DNA of 64,000 nt from Phycisphaeraceae bacterium (GCA_020639135.1 JACKHE010000005.1:124531-188530); one strand, 5' to 3'. Numbered from the stretch's first letter, positions 36,189-46,206 are shown. A program made the numbers and translations. The notes: generated by a model not told the origin, from the letters alone.

Positions 36189-37419
36189 CGGGCGGTGGAG
36201 CTGGCTCTTCTCTCAGATTCAGAGCCGTTGGCTGCGGAGTTTTCTGTGTTCCTGGCAGATCGAATGCGGTCGAGGAAGCATGGGGGAATCCGCTCGGCAG
36301 TGGATGGACAGGGGGCAGGGGTGATGGATGTTGCCGGGCCGCATCTCCACGGAGCGCCAGCGCCGCTTGCTCCGCGAGCACACCGCTGCGGTTGATGTAC
36401 CGCTCCGCCTGAGCGCTGCCCATCGTCCAGCCGAAGCGGGCGCAGAACGGGTAGGGGGTCAATCGCGAGCACCAGAACGTCGCGGACGTGTGCCGGAACT
36501 GGTGGGGGTGGAGCGAGACGCCCAGCACGTACTCGCCGACCTTCTTGAGACGCTTGCAGCAGTTCTTGTAGCCCCAGCAGATGAGCGTGGCCGAGGAGTC
36601 GCGGGTTTCGATACAGCCGTTCTCACAGATCGACCCCCCGTCCGGGTGGAACCGGAGCCACGTCAGCACGCTCTCGGTGGCCATCGGCAGCGCGATGGTC
36701 CTGGCGAACGTCTTGCTCACCCGGATGCGGATAAAGCAGAGCCATTGGTTGTCCTGGTCTTTCTTGAACCAGACGTCGTTCAGCCGGACGTTGAGCAGTT
36801 CCCCGATCCGCATCCCGCCGTCGAAGAGCAGCCAGACCAGCGCCTGGCCCTGCGGGTCGAACATCGCCTCGGCGAGCTTGGGCACGGAAGCGGGGTCGAA
36901 CGCCTTCGGCTCCGTGAGGACGCGGCGGGTGTCGAACCAGGCGGTGAGATCGGCGATCCTGCCGGGGTCGTCGGGGAGGAGCCAGGTGTAGAACTTGCGG
37001 ATGATCTTCTTGAAATCCAGGACGGTCTCGGGGCTGTACCGATCCGATCCTCGGATGCGAGAGAGTTTGCGGATCTCGCCGTCCTCGACGCCGATGATGA
37101 ACCGCTCCATGTCCTGGACTCGCGTCTGTTCGAACGGAACGCGCAGCTCCATCGCGAAGCGGCGGAGGATGGTCAGGAGCTTGCGGCAGCGCGCATGCGA
37201 GAGGCGGCGGACGCTGCCCCTGCGGACGGTCCTGCCAATCCTGGCGTCTCGGATAAAGCGCTCAAGCGTTGCCCGGTTCTCGGGCAGGAGCCGCTCGTCT
37301 CGCTGCAGGCTCTCCAGCTCGCGGCGCAGGTGGGTCTCGTGTCGGTGGATGTCAATCGGTTCATCGATGGTCTTTGGGCTCATGGTGTTCACTCTCCGGA
37401 GGCGCCGCGTCGTTATCAC
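36157..37419 (-). CDS. tyrosine recombinase / integrase
   Basis: FDGGMRIGELLNV, LHPHQFRHTSATFW, GWTMGSAQAERYINRSG (R...HxxR...Y). Pro-rich C-terminal tail. Confidence 0.85.
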   Translation of the reverse strand: MITTRRLRRVNTMSPKTIDEPIDIHRHETHLRRELESLQRDERLLPENRATLERFIRDARIGRTVRRGSVRRLSHARCRKLLTILRRFAMELRVPFEQTRVQDMERFIIGVEDGEIRKLSRIRGSDRYSPETVLDFKKIIRKFYTWLLPDDPGRIADLTAWFDTRRVLTEPKAFDPASVPKLAEAMFDPQGQALVWLLFDGGMRIGELLNVRLNDVWFKKDQDNQWLCFIRIRVSKTFARTIALPMATESVLTWLRFHPDGGSICENGCIETRDSSATLICWGYKNCCKRLKKVGEYVLGVSLHPHQFRHTSATFWCSRLTPYPFCARFGWTMGSAQAERYINRSGVLAEQAALALRGDAARQHPSPLPPVHPLPSGFPHASSTAFDLPGTQKTPQPTALNLREEPAPPPAIEAFGASPS

Positions 37420-37591
37420 GCTTGTGACGGATCGACCGTCGTGCCTGCGGAGTGATTTCAGACGAGCACTACTGCCCAGTGAAACAGCCCCTGCCGGGCT
37501 TTGGCATCGGCGGGTTGGAGCCCGCGGAACCGGATCATGACGACCGAACGCATCTTGGAGCGCCTCGGAGTCGTGGGGTGTGTTTGATCTT

Positions 37592-37679
37592 TATGAAGGT
37601 TGCGCTTACGCGTGCCAGCCCTCCTTGTTCCAATTCGAGACTGCCAGCCTCGATCTGGATCAGTTCTGGATGGGCAGGT
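37592..37679. repeat. imperfect direct repeat, copy 1 (partner at 42334-42425)
   Basis: Exact 16-mer tatgaaggttgcgctt shared with copy 2, followed by roughly 70% identity over ~90 nt by hand alignment. Lies 170 nt upstream of the integrase start. Confidence 0.6.
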
Positions 37680-37711
37680 CATTTCCTTGTGCGAGGTATC
37701 AGCAGGCGCAC

Positions 37712-40120
37712 TCACGGTTCAAACAGTTCCGCGTGATCAAGATACCGCGCCGGTCTTCTCGGATCATCGCTTATTCGCCGCCATGCGCTGCGTTGAAGGG
37801 TGAGCGCCTCGGCTTGGGTGATGCCGAATGCGACTTCTGCTTTTGCAATCTGTTCTTCATTGCGGAATGGGGCAAGAGCGTCCGCCACGTGGTCGGTTGC
37901 GATCCCATTGCCGAGGCGGGCCATTCTGCCCCATACCTTGTCTGCTGCCTCAATATCTTCTGCTTTGGCTCCAATGTTCTTTGCAAACGACGTGAGATAC
38001 CGTTGATGCCAACCTGTTTGGAGCATATCAACATTTACTAGGTTGAATTTTTTTGTGTCTTGGCGGTCATGGGAAAACAGGATCGCGAATTTCATCATCA
38101 GCGTGATGTCGTCGTGCAACACGCCTTCGCGCAAGCGAAGAAGCAGTGCTCGGGCAGGGGCGTATGCGGCCGTCAGTTCACTTGCGGGAACGTTTTCCCC
38201 GTGCATCTTTTTATCGGAAATCTCGAATAGCCGCAGATTGGCAAGTTCTTCCATCGCGGCCATTGACATATGGTCCGACGCATTTGCAAACCAAAGTACG
38301 GCGTGATGATTGAGCATCACCTCATCCCGCTCACGCAAATCAAATGCCCTGAGAATAGCATTGGCCTCGTCCATCTTCGCTTTCGGTTGTTGATCAAGCA
38401 TATATGAGGCATCGAGTATGAGATTGCCAACGGTATTCATGGCCTCTACATTGCCATTGAGCGCGGCTCTGTGGTATAGCATCAAAGCGCGAGCATGAAC
38501 CGCCTTGATCCGTTGCGGATCATCTATATGCTCCGGATCAAACCATTCATCAGCCACTCTCGCGACGTGCACTGCAAGGGCTGGATGCAGCTCGGACCTG
38601 AGCAGACATTCAAGAAGATCGTAATCCACGCCATACTCACCTCCCGGTTGAACAGAACTCGCGGTAATGGTCCAAACTGGCAACCACAGGTATTCCGGTG
38701 CATTGGGATCGAGTCCACTCATCCAATTTTGGATCAACGAAACACGCTCCGTCAACGACGTGAGCCGAAGCAATGCCTCTCGCGCTGCGTCTCGAGGCGT
38801 GATCCACGATGTTGGTCTTGGCTCTCGCGAATGCGGGGCCGACTCCGCTTCAACTCGGAGCACTTCGACTGCCAGTTCCTTCCAGTGCTCAGAGCGAGCG
38901 GGATCGGTGTCTTTGAGCAGCTCATGCAACTCGAGCATCGCTTGCCATTCTCCGGATTCGGCAAGCTGCAACAGCAACGGCAGGCGGGCATCTTCCTCCG
39001 TGAGTACGAGATGACCATCGTCCCGTTCGTCAAGCAAATTGCGGAGCGCTTCCGGATCATTCGCCATGGCGGCGCGTTTCCAAAGTCTGTGTGCGGTTTC
39101 ATCGGTTCCCTCGACCTGTCCGGCGTCGACCGCGCGCGCCACTAAGATCATTGAGTCAACATGGCCGAGTTCGGACGCGGCTAAAACCCATTGAAGTCCC
39201 ACCACGCGATTCATTGGAACGCCGATCCCTCGGACGTATCGGCGAGCGATGTCGGCGACGAACTCGGGGTCGGGTTCGGGGCTGGTCACGGCCCTTGAAA
39301 AGGACGTTAGGAACTCCACGCGATCAGCCGCGATGCCCTTTGCACTCTCGGTGACTCCCAGGCGGTTCAACTGAGCCATGAGTGAGAGGAAGTGTTCGTC
39401 GTCCAGGTAATCGGGGGCAAGTCGTGAGATCGATTCGAAGGCGTAGGCTCCGAGCAGCGGGTCATCACGCAGTACCGCAATTCGACCGGCTACATCCCAA
39501 GCTTCGATCAAGTCCTGATGTGGCACAGCGAGCACAGGAAGCAAGGCGACATATGCCTCTTCGATCAGCTCCGTGCGACTACTCTCAGTTGCTGTGGGGA
39601 CATCAGCGAGGATTGACTTGGCTGTTGCAAGAGCGAGCTTCTGCTCTGCATGTGTCGGCAACCTTGGGAGATCGTTATCCACGGGATCCACGGTTTGCGA
39701 AGAGACGACCGGATCGGATCCCGTTGTCGGTGGACGTGCAAGTCGCTGCCAGAGCTCCTGGATATCGGGATTACTCGCTAGTTCGGGTCGGAGCCGTACC
39801 AACTCCTCAATCGCTATGACACTTATGTCACGCTTTCCGAGTATGTCTGCCGTTTGCGCGATAGCGAACTGAAGTTCGGCGTTTTCGGAGTCCAATGCCG
39901 CAGCGGATACGAGTGTCTCTAGTGCGGCTGCGCTGTCGCCCGCATCCAAGAGTCTTCTCGCCTCATCGAGTGATGCCTGGCTAGCATCCGCTGCCTCGGC
40001 ATTGGTCTGAATAGGCTCATTCTGGGTATTCGCGACCCCCGAATCCTCTCGCTCGGTGCAGCCGGACAGAATGAGAAGGGCCGAAGCCGCGAGTATTGAA
40101 CTGCAGTGCCGGCAAATCAT
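37712..40120 (-). CDS. TPR/Sel1-like repeat lipoprotein
   Basis: Lipobox ALLILSGC. Helical repeat composition throughout. Sel1-like ARRYVRGIGVPMNRVVGLQWVLAASELGH. Confidence 0.75.
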   Translation of the reverse strand: MICRHCSSILAASALLILSGCTEREDSGVANTQNEPIQTNAEAADASQASLDEARRLLDAGDSAAALETLVSAAALDSENAELQFAIAQTADILGKRDISVIAIEELVRLRPELASNPDIQELWQRLARPPTTGSDPVVSSQTVDPVDNDLPRLPTHAEQKLALATAKSILADVPTATESSRTELIEEAYVALLPVLAVPHQDLIEAWDVAGRIAVLRDDPLLGAYAFESISRLAPDYLDDEHFLSLMAQLNRLGVTESAKGIAADRVEFLTSFSRAVTSPEPDPEFVADIARRYVRGIGVPMNRVVGLQWVLAASELGHVDSMILVARAVDAGQVEGTDETAHRLWKRAAMANDPEALRNLLDERDDGHLVLTEEDARLPLLLQLAESGEWQAMLELHELLKDTDPARSEHWKELAVEVLRVEAESAPHSREPRPTSWITPRDAAREALLRLTSLTERVSLIQNWMSGLDPNAPEYLWLPVWTITASSVQPGGEYGVDYDLLECLLRSELHPALAVHVARVADEWFDPEHIDDPQRIKAVHARALMLYHRAALNGNVEAMNTVGNLILDASYMLDQQPKAKMDEANAILRAFDLRERDEVMLNHHAVLWFANASDHMSMAAMEELANLRLFEISDKKMHGENVPASELTAAYAPARALLLRLREGVLHDDITLMMKFAILFSHDRQDTKKFNLVNVDMLQTGWHQRYLTSFAKNIGAKAEDIEAADKVWGRMARLGNGIATDHVADALAPFRNEEQIAKAEVAFGITQAEALTLQRSAWRRISDDPRRPARYLDHAELFEP

Positions 40121-40132
40121 CTCGCCAGGTCC

Positions 40133-41902
40133 TCAATCGCGTTCGAAGATATCTTTGGAGGGCGGAAACTCAGTGAGAACTACGCGCCTGGTTCCGACAT
40201 AGAAAGGGAAGGAACTCAGCCGCACGGGAAAGGCGCTGTCATTCGTAACAAGATCAAGCATATGTTCGCCGGTTTGAGTTGGGAGTTCTTTCAAAATCTG
40301 TGAGCCGGAGGGCGCAATTCCGATCGAGTTCACACGCGATTGTGGCCCTGAGGGTGAACGGGTCAGATCGATCGGGTTGGGAATTCCAAGCGCTTCGCCC
40401 AGAGGTCCGTAAGCGAGAAATAGTGCGAGCTCACCTCGTCCGCCAGACTCGAGTGGATTATGAGGGATGTCGATTTTGCGCATCAATGGAACGACCAGTC
40501 GTTGCTCGGGCTGATCCGCGTCATAAAACATCCACAGCTCCTTCTGAAGCAGGAACGTTAGATCCTCGGCGACGGTCATCTCTGTGATGGATCGTGAATC
40601 GATTATCAGCCTCCAACGTTTGTCAGGTGGGATGCTTTCTTTCGGCCATCCCCGAGGAGGGAACACGCCGTCAAGCGCCCGAGCGTATGCTTCCTGAGTC
40701 GATGGTCCGTCGATGAGGCGGATATTAGAAGAGGACTCGTACTCCAACTGGCTCTCGGGTTTCGGCGGCGCCAGATCGGTCAGGGTTCGCAGCCGAGGCT
40801 TGGCGGGCTCATCGGCCAGCTCTGAGCCGACTCCACGGCTTGCGTTATTCTGGCTCTCCAAGAGTGGGCCGAGGAGCGCGTCAATCATCGATTGAGAAGG
40901 GGCCAATCCGCGCGTCTCGAAAGAACGAACTTCCAGTTCGTCGTCGGTACGCTCCACTATTGGACGATGGTCGGATCTGGAACTGGATGGTTCACTCGAT
41001 GGAATGTCGGGAAGGTCAAGCTTCGGAGGGTGATACACCTGACCGCCGGAACCTGCTTGGTACACAACGTTCGCGCGCCATTCTGCTATTTTCGATTCTA
41101 GAGTCGAGACAAGATTGGTAAGGCGAGCCTGCGTCGCATGTTCTCCAAGGCGGCCGGCCTCGTCTCTTGCCTGCTTGACGTGTGCGAGTATTTGCTCAAG
41201 CTGTTCGATCGATGTGACGTGAAGGAGACGGTCTTCGAGTTGATCCTCGAATTGTTGCCAGGGGCTCGATTCAAATTCGTTCGGGTATTCCTTGTCCACA
41301 TCGATCGTGTTCTCTTCGAACTGATCATGGTATCGATCAGTGTCAAATGGGGAATCATCGGGTGAAACGTGTGTCTGGTTGTCGAGAGGAGCCGGCTCCA
41401 CTGACTCATACAAAGACGCGAGGGTGCTCAGAGATGCGGCAACCCGATACAGCCCTTTGCGCGACGCGGACTGAGCAGACTTTCGAAGTTCAGATGCGGT
41501 CTGTGAGCCAGTACGCGGTGTGGTCCCGTGGCGAATTCGCCCGATCTCATCTTCGATCTGCTTTACGGCTTCTTCCTCTTGTGAAAGCCAGCCAGCGTAG
41601 AGGGCAGCCTTTCGTTTGAGTTCACGGCACGACCAGCTATCGACATTGTCACGTGTTACGCCACCAACAATTCCTGAGGATCGAGAGTCGATCACGGCAA
41701 GCAGCGCATGCCGCGCCGAAAGGCAATCGCGGTCTTCCCTTTCTTTGCGGTCCGGAACTTCGAGAATCGCTCGAAGGTTGACCCGTCCATCAGGAGTCAC
41801 TATAGGTCGGTCGAAGTTCCTCTCGTCTGTTACCTGGCCGCTCGCGATGTGGCCTGAGAGAACAAAGACAATCAACTGCATACAAAGCTTAACTCTGCGC
41901 AT
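40133..41902 (-). CDS. secreted hypothetical protein
   Basis: Signal peptide MRRVKLCMQLIVFVLSGHIASGQ. 589 aa, acidic/helical middle. No family recognised. Its stop lies 12 nt upstream of the next gene's start. Confidence 0.7.
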   Translation of the reverse strand: MRRVKLCMQLIVFVLSGHIASGQVTDERNFDRPIVTPDGRVNLRAILEVPDRKEREDRDCLSARHALLAVIDSRSSGIVGGVTRDNVDSWSCRELKRKAALYAGWLSQEEEAVKQIEDEIGRIRHGTTPRTGSQTASELRKSAQSASRKGLYRVAASLSTLASLYESVEPAPLDNQTHVSPDDSPFDTDRYHDQFEENTIDVDKEYPNEFESSPWQQFEDQLEDRLLHVTSIEQLEQILAHVKQARDEAGRLGEHATQARLTNLVSTLESKIAEWRANVVYQAGSGGQVYHPPKLDLPDIPSSEPSSSRSDHRPIVERTDDELEVRSFETRGLAPSQSMIDALLGPLLESQNNASRGVGSELADEPAKPRLRTLTDLAPPKPESQLEYESSSNIRLIDGPSTQEAYARALDGVFPPRGWPKESIPPDKRWRLIIDSRSITEMTVAEDLTFLLQKELWMFYDADQPEQRLVVPLMRKIDIPHNPLESGGRGELALFLAYGPLGEALGIPNPIDLTRSPSGPQSRVNSIGIAPSGSQILKELPTQTGEHMLDLVTNDSAFPVRLSSFPFYVGTRRVVLTEFPPSKDIFERD

Positions 41903-42333
41903 GGCGCCTCCAGTCCGCTTCTATTGATCATATCAATCAGCATGTCCCGTGGACGAATTCCCGCCTAACGCGGCGTGACCTGAGCCAAGCCGAGTGCCCA
42001 GCAAGACTTGCATCAGGCCATAAATGAACCGGATAGAACCTTGCATGGCGGTAGGATGTGTTCGTCGTCCGCGATCGATTCGAGATCGCTGGCGAGCATT
42101 TTGGTGCTGTCATGGATTTCGACAGGTTCTAGGTGCGGCTCGATAGGGTACAGTCTCCCAAGACAACGCCTCAAATTCGTTGTGACGGCTCGACCGTCAA
42201 CACCTGTGAGTCATTCCTGGAAGTTTCGATCCCTATGGGATCGACGCCCCCGCCGGATAGGCATGCCGATTCGCGATCTCCTGCGGAATCGGTGCGGTGG
42301 TAATCGAAGTGGAACAGGGAACACGATGTTCTA

Positions 42334-42425
42334 TATGAAGGTTGCGCTTCCCCGTTCCAGCCCATATAGTTCGATTCGGCCCCGAGACTGTCGGCTTCGG
42401 AATGGATCGGGTTTGGGTGGCAGGT
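42334..42425. repeat. imperfect direct repeat, copy 2
   Basis: See copy 1. Lies between the 589-aa gene start and the stop of the small Lys-rich ORF. Confidence 0.6.
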
Positions 42426-42443
42426 TGTAGGCTTTCTAGGTTA

Positions 42444-42638
42444 TTACTTCTTCGATTGCTTGGCTGACGAAGTTTTCTTCTTCTTGTCTGGCGCTTGTGT
42501 CAACGCGGATGCAGCCACGCTCCTGACGTTTTTGTTTGGGTCCTTCATCAGCTTTGCCGCCTTCGACGCAACTTTTTTTGAAGTTTGTTCGCCGCTGCTC
42601 TTTGGTGTTGTCTTTCTGCTGGCCTTTTTCTTCGCCAT
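42444..42638 (-). CDS. small lysine-rich basic protein
   Basis: AAGGAA seven nt before the ATG. MAKKKASRKTTPKSSGEQTSKKVASKAAKLMKDPNKNVRSVAASALTQAPDKKKKTSSAKQSKK. Confidence 0.5.
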   Translation of the reverse strand: MAKKKASRKTTPKSSGEQTSKKVASKAAKLMKDPNKNVRSVAASALTQAPDKKKKTSSAKQSKK

Positions 42639-42829
42639 GATGCGTTCCTTTCGGGAGAGCCATGAGTCGGAAGCCCGATGCCCGCTGTGGTTGCATACTA
42701 TCTCCGCTTAGAGCGATTCTAGGCAAGAGAATGCTGAGGATAAAATAATCTTTGTTATGATTGGAATTGTAATCGTTCTTGCACCATTGGATTCTCGATA
42801 TTTCTGCGCCCCCAAAACTTCGATTGCAG

Positions 42830-43270
42830 TCACCATTCCGATCGGTACTGGTAGATCGTCAGCATGCAGGACAACGGCACGGGCACGGAGACACCCTTCC
42901 CGACTGGGACCCGGGCCGTCACCGGGCTCTCGATGCCCGGTCCGGTCCATTTGAGGGAGAGTTCGGAATAGCAGTACAGGTGCAGGCCGTCGAAGCAGTA
43001 GTAGGTCCCGCCGGTGGCCTCCGGCTCGATCAGCGAGATATCCATCCCGGTCTGCCTGAGGCACCCCTTGACGAAGACCGGGGCGTCCTTCGGATCCGCG
43101 GGCACGTCGGGGTCGCCCTCCCACCGGAGGCGGGCCGGTTGGATGTTCATCTCCGTCAGGTGTCGATCAACATGAGTGAACACGAGCTCCCGGAATTCGT
43201 CATCGGTCATCGAGCTGTTCGCCGGCTTGGACGGCATGTTGAACCCAATCACGAGTGAACCATTCGGCAT
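42830..43270 (-). CDS. hypothetical protein
   Basis: Internal ATG at 43270 (GGAG eight nt upstream) is preferred over 43444, which would overlap the kinase 3' end. No family recognised. Confidence 0.5.
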   Translation of the reverse strand: MPNGSLVIGFNMPSKPANSSMTDDEFRELVFTHVDRHLTEMNIQPARLRWEGDPDVPADPKDAPVFVKGCLRQTGMDISLIEPEATGGTYYCFDGLHLYCYSELSLKWTGPGIESPVTARVPVGKGVSVPVPLSCMLTIYQYRSEW

Positions 43271-43409
43271 AATCTCTTCTCCCGGAAAAGACACAGGCAT
43301 GTGTGAATGCACGCGATAGCGGCACAACCGTGTGCCACGCTGTGATCTCGTCCGGAAAAAGCGGCTTTGAGGCCTACCAAAATTGAGGAATCGAAGACCC
43401 TGACGTGTC

Positions 43410-45587
43410 TCAGGGCCTAGCGGATCTGGCGCAACGGAACCCAACCACCGACATCGCCTGGTCTTGCGGCGCCAGAATCATCATATAGAGCGGGGCGTTG
43501 TCGGCTTTGTCTTTCCAACTCCGACCCATGGCGATCTGCTGTCCGGGGAGCTCGATCGCACCGCCGGCGCTCATCTGGACGAACGGAGTGTCAGTCAGTT
43601 CCGCCGCGTTGCCGTAATAATCCAGCCCGCCCTCCGGGGTGATGTCCCTGCCGAACGGGACCTCAGCATTGACGAGGCTGGCGAGGACTGCGGAGCGAAC
43701 CTCCGGAGATCGGAGATCCTGCGTCGTCAAGCCCACGATTGAGACCCCGACATTCGCGGGACGCTCGTCCGTGATGGGCTCGTCCCCCCAGGGGTACAGC
43801 CGCCCCTCGGAACCCCTGGCGGCGCGTTCCCATTCAGGCTTGGTCGGCAGCCGCTTGCCCAGCCACTCCGCGTACGATCGCGCCTCGTCGTACGTCACGC
43901 CCACAACAGGAAGCGAGTCAATCGCGATGTCATAGGGATCTGTCCATATCTGCGGTGGGCTGGCGCCGGTCGCCTCGACGTAGCCACGAAATTCGGCGTT
44001 GGTGACCTCGTGCCTGTCGATCCAGTACGCGGCGAGATCGATAGTTCGATGGCCATGAATCGGGTCTTCGACGAAAGGGTTGCCTACGGTCGCTTCGCCA
44101 GCGGGGATCAGGATCATTCCGCCGGTTGTCGCGGGCGCGGATGCAGGGATCCGAATCGTGGTTGTTTCTCCCGCCTCGATCCGGCGCGTGAACTCCCGCA
44201 GGCCCTCGGGCGTGTCAACGGCGATGCGGTGGAGCCCGGGCTCCAGGCGGAAGGAATGCCTGCCAGATGGAATCAGCTCGGGGTTCTCGAACATCTGTGT
44301 TGCCGGATCGAACGCGCGGTGCTCGATTGCCGAGATCGCGCTCACGGGGGCGATGGTGACGAGCGCAGTCGTCGGCGGCGCGGTGAAGGCCCGCAGCGAG
44401 ACCAGGCTGGAGGCGGCGATCAGGAGCGTGGCGGTGGCGGTCGTAACAACCGGGCGGCGTCGGGCCGCCCACACGCCCCTGCGGGCGAGCGAGGCGCGTC
44501 TCGCCGCAATTGGCTGTCCTCGGAGGAACCGGTCGAGGTCCCCGGCGAACTCGCCGGCGCTCTGGTACCTGCGGGCTGGCTCCCATTCCAGCGCCTTTTG
44601 GCAGATCGCGGCTAGGTCCGCGGCGTGGGGCACCGTGTTCTTCCTGGAGAGGACGCCTAGCTGGGGATTGGCGGGCTGGCGCGGATCACCGTTCTTCGCC
44701 GAGACGCACCAGCGCCGACCCGTGGCGCACTCGTAGAGCACCGCTCCGAGCGAGTACACGTCGGATCTGGCGTCGAGCGGCGATGCGATCAGGCCCTCCT
44801 GCTCGGGGCTCATGTAGCCGCTCGTGCCCGGGACCTCGTGCGTCATTGTCAGGTCATGGCTGTGCTCGACTTTCGCGATCCCGAAGTCGCACAGGTGCGC
44901 CTTTCCGTTGGTGTCGATGAGGATGTTCGAAGGCTTCACATCACGGTGGATCACACCGTTGCGGTGCGCGTAGTCGAGCGCCTGCGCGATGGAGTGAACC
45001 GCACCCAGCGCGGCGTTGATCCGCCGGAGGTCGGGAGCGCCGGTGTAATCGATGCATCCCAGCGCCAGGGCGAGAGTCTCGCCCTCGATGTAGGCCGAGG
45101 CGATGTAGTGCGTCTTCTCCCACCGTCCGAAGCGGTGGACCGGGACGATGTGCGGGTGGTCCAGCTTCGAGACCGTCTGCGCTTCACGTCGGAACCGCTC
45201 GACGCCCGACCCCGATGCCGTGAGGACGGCAGGGAGCACCTTGATCGCGACCATGCGGTGGAGCTCGGTGTCCTCGGCGAGGTACACCAGGCCCATCCCG
45301 CCCGAGCCGATCTTGCGGATGATCTCGAACCCGTCGAAGGGCGCCGCTCCCTGGGACGCGAGATTCGGGAATGTCTCGAGGAACGATTGATCCAGCAACG
45401 GGCAGGGGCGCGATTGGGCGCGAAGCAGCCCGAGCACCTCACGCTGCGCATGCTCCCGCAGTTCCGAGGAGCTCAGCTCCGGTTCCCAGGTCGATTCCGG
45501 GGCCTCACAGAGCCGCTGGAACCATGCCACGATTTGTTCGTTCTCTTGTCGATCCATGCCCGTTCTGCCTTGAATCGGTCTCGACAT
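43410..45587 (-). CDS. Ser/Thr protein kinase fused to FGE-sulfatase (SUMF1-like) domain
   Basis: GSGGMGLVYLAED, AIKVL, HRDVKPSNILID, DFGIAK, then a TM segment (VVTTATATLLIAASSLVSL). C-terminal WIDRHEVTNAEFRGYV...RLYPWG. Start is 45587 or 45557; the ORF-track start 45755 overlaps the sigma gene. Confidence 0.85.
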   Translation of the reverse strand: MSRPIQGRTGMDRQENEQIVAWFQRLCEAPESTWEPELSSSELREHAQREVLGLLRAQSRPCPLLDQSFLETFPNLASQGAAPFDGFEIIRKIGSGGMGLVYLAEDTELHRMVAIKVLPAVLTASGSGVERFRREAQTVSKLDHPHIVPVHRFGRWEKTHYIASAYIEGETLALALGCIDYTGAPDLRRINAALGAVHSIAQALDYAHRNGVIHRDVKPSNILIDTNGKAHLCDFGIAKVEHSHDLTMTHEVPGTSGYMSPEQEGLIASPLDARSDVYSLGAVLYECATGRRWCVSAKNGDPRQPANPQLGVLSRKNTVPHAADLAAICQKALEWEPARRYQSAGEFAGDLDRFLRGQPIAARRASLARRGVWAARRRPVVTTATATLLIAASSLVSLRAFTAPPTTALVTIAPVSAISAIEHRAFDPATQMFENPELIPSGRHSFRLEPGLHRIAVDTPEGLREFTRRIEAGETTTIRIPASAPATTGGMILIPAGEATVGNPFVEDPIHGHRTIDLAAYWIDRHEVTNAEFRGYVEATGASPPQIWTDPYDIAIDSLPVVGVTYDEARSYAEWLGKRLPTKPEWERAARGSEGRLYPWGDEPITDERPANVGVSIVGLTTQDLRSPEVRSAVLASLVNAEVPFGRDITPEGGLDYYGNAAELTDTPFVQMSAGGAIELPGQQIAMGRSWKDKADNAPLYMMILAPQDQAMSVVGFRCARSARP

Positions 45588-45630
45588 CGACCTGCCGTAA
45601 TCCCCGACCGGATTCCGGCGGCCGCGCGCA

Positions 45631-46206
45631 TCACGGAACCCATTCATCGGCGAGTTTTTTCTTGAGCCACGCCGATGCGAAGTCCCAGTCGCGTTGGACG
45701 GTGTTGCGGGAGATCCCCATCGCCTGGGCGATCTGGTCGTTCGACAAGCCGACATAATACCGGAGCTCGACCACCTCGGCCTGCCTCGGGTGCAGCCCCG
45801 CGAGCTGCTCGATGGCCTCGGTCACGAAGATCGCTTGCTCTGACTCCTCGATCGGGATGAGCTCCTCTCGCAGCGGGATCTCGCGGCCCTGCCCGCCACG
45901 TTTTTGAGCCAGGTTGTACCTGGCCCGATCAACGATGACGTTTCGCATCGCGCGGCTCGCGGCGCGGAAGAAGTGCCGCCGGTTCTCCCAGGATGGCGGC
46001 TCGTTGCCGAAGAGCTTCAGGAACGCCTCGTTGACCAGCGCCGTCGGCTGGAGCATGTCCCACGGCGGGATTGTCCGCATCCGGATCGAGGCCATCCGCT
46101 TGAGGTCGTGGTACACCAACTCCACGAGCTGCTCGACGGCGCCGGGTGTCCGGAGTTCGATCTCCCGGAGCAGTTTTGTGACCTCATTGGGGCGGATCTC
46201 GGTCAT
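45631..46206 (-). CDS. ECF-type sigma-70 family factor
   Basis: ATG 46206 is preferred. Region 2: LVELVYHDLKRMASIRMR, ALVNEAFLKL. Region 4: VVELRYYVGLSNDQIAQAMGISRNTVQRDW. Confidence 0.85.
   Translation of the reverse strand: MTEIRPNEVTKLLREIELRTPGAVEQLVELVYHDLKRMASIRMRTIPPWDMLQPTALVNEAFLKLFGNEPPSWENRRHFFRAASRAMRNVIVDRARYNLAQKRGGQGREIPLREELIPIEESEQAIFVTEAIEQLAGLHPRQAEVVELRYYVGLSNDQIAQAMGISRNTVQRDWDFASAWLKKKLADEWVP

Larger units (their letters stand above)
33943..37419. mobile_element. ICE/plasmid-derived remnant (DUF2958, RHH-PIN pair, tyrosine integrase)
   Basis: Called on gene content only; the ends are not defined. Confidence 0.35.

Noticed and set aside
42365-42385. tRNA-like T-loop string gttcgattc
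   Set aside because: The flanking bases do not form a T-stem, and no acceptor or anticodon arms could be drawn. No tRNA could be folded anywhere in the window by eye; tRNAscan-SE should confirm.
37592-42425. Integron (intI + attC cassettes) interpretation of the integrase and flanking repeats
   Set aside because: The cassette genes are transcribed towards the integrase rather than divergently from it. The repeats are direct, ~90 nt long, and lack the imperfect-palindrome attC architecture. No IntI-specific insertion was recognisable by eye.
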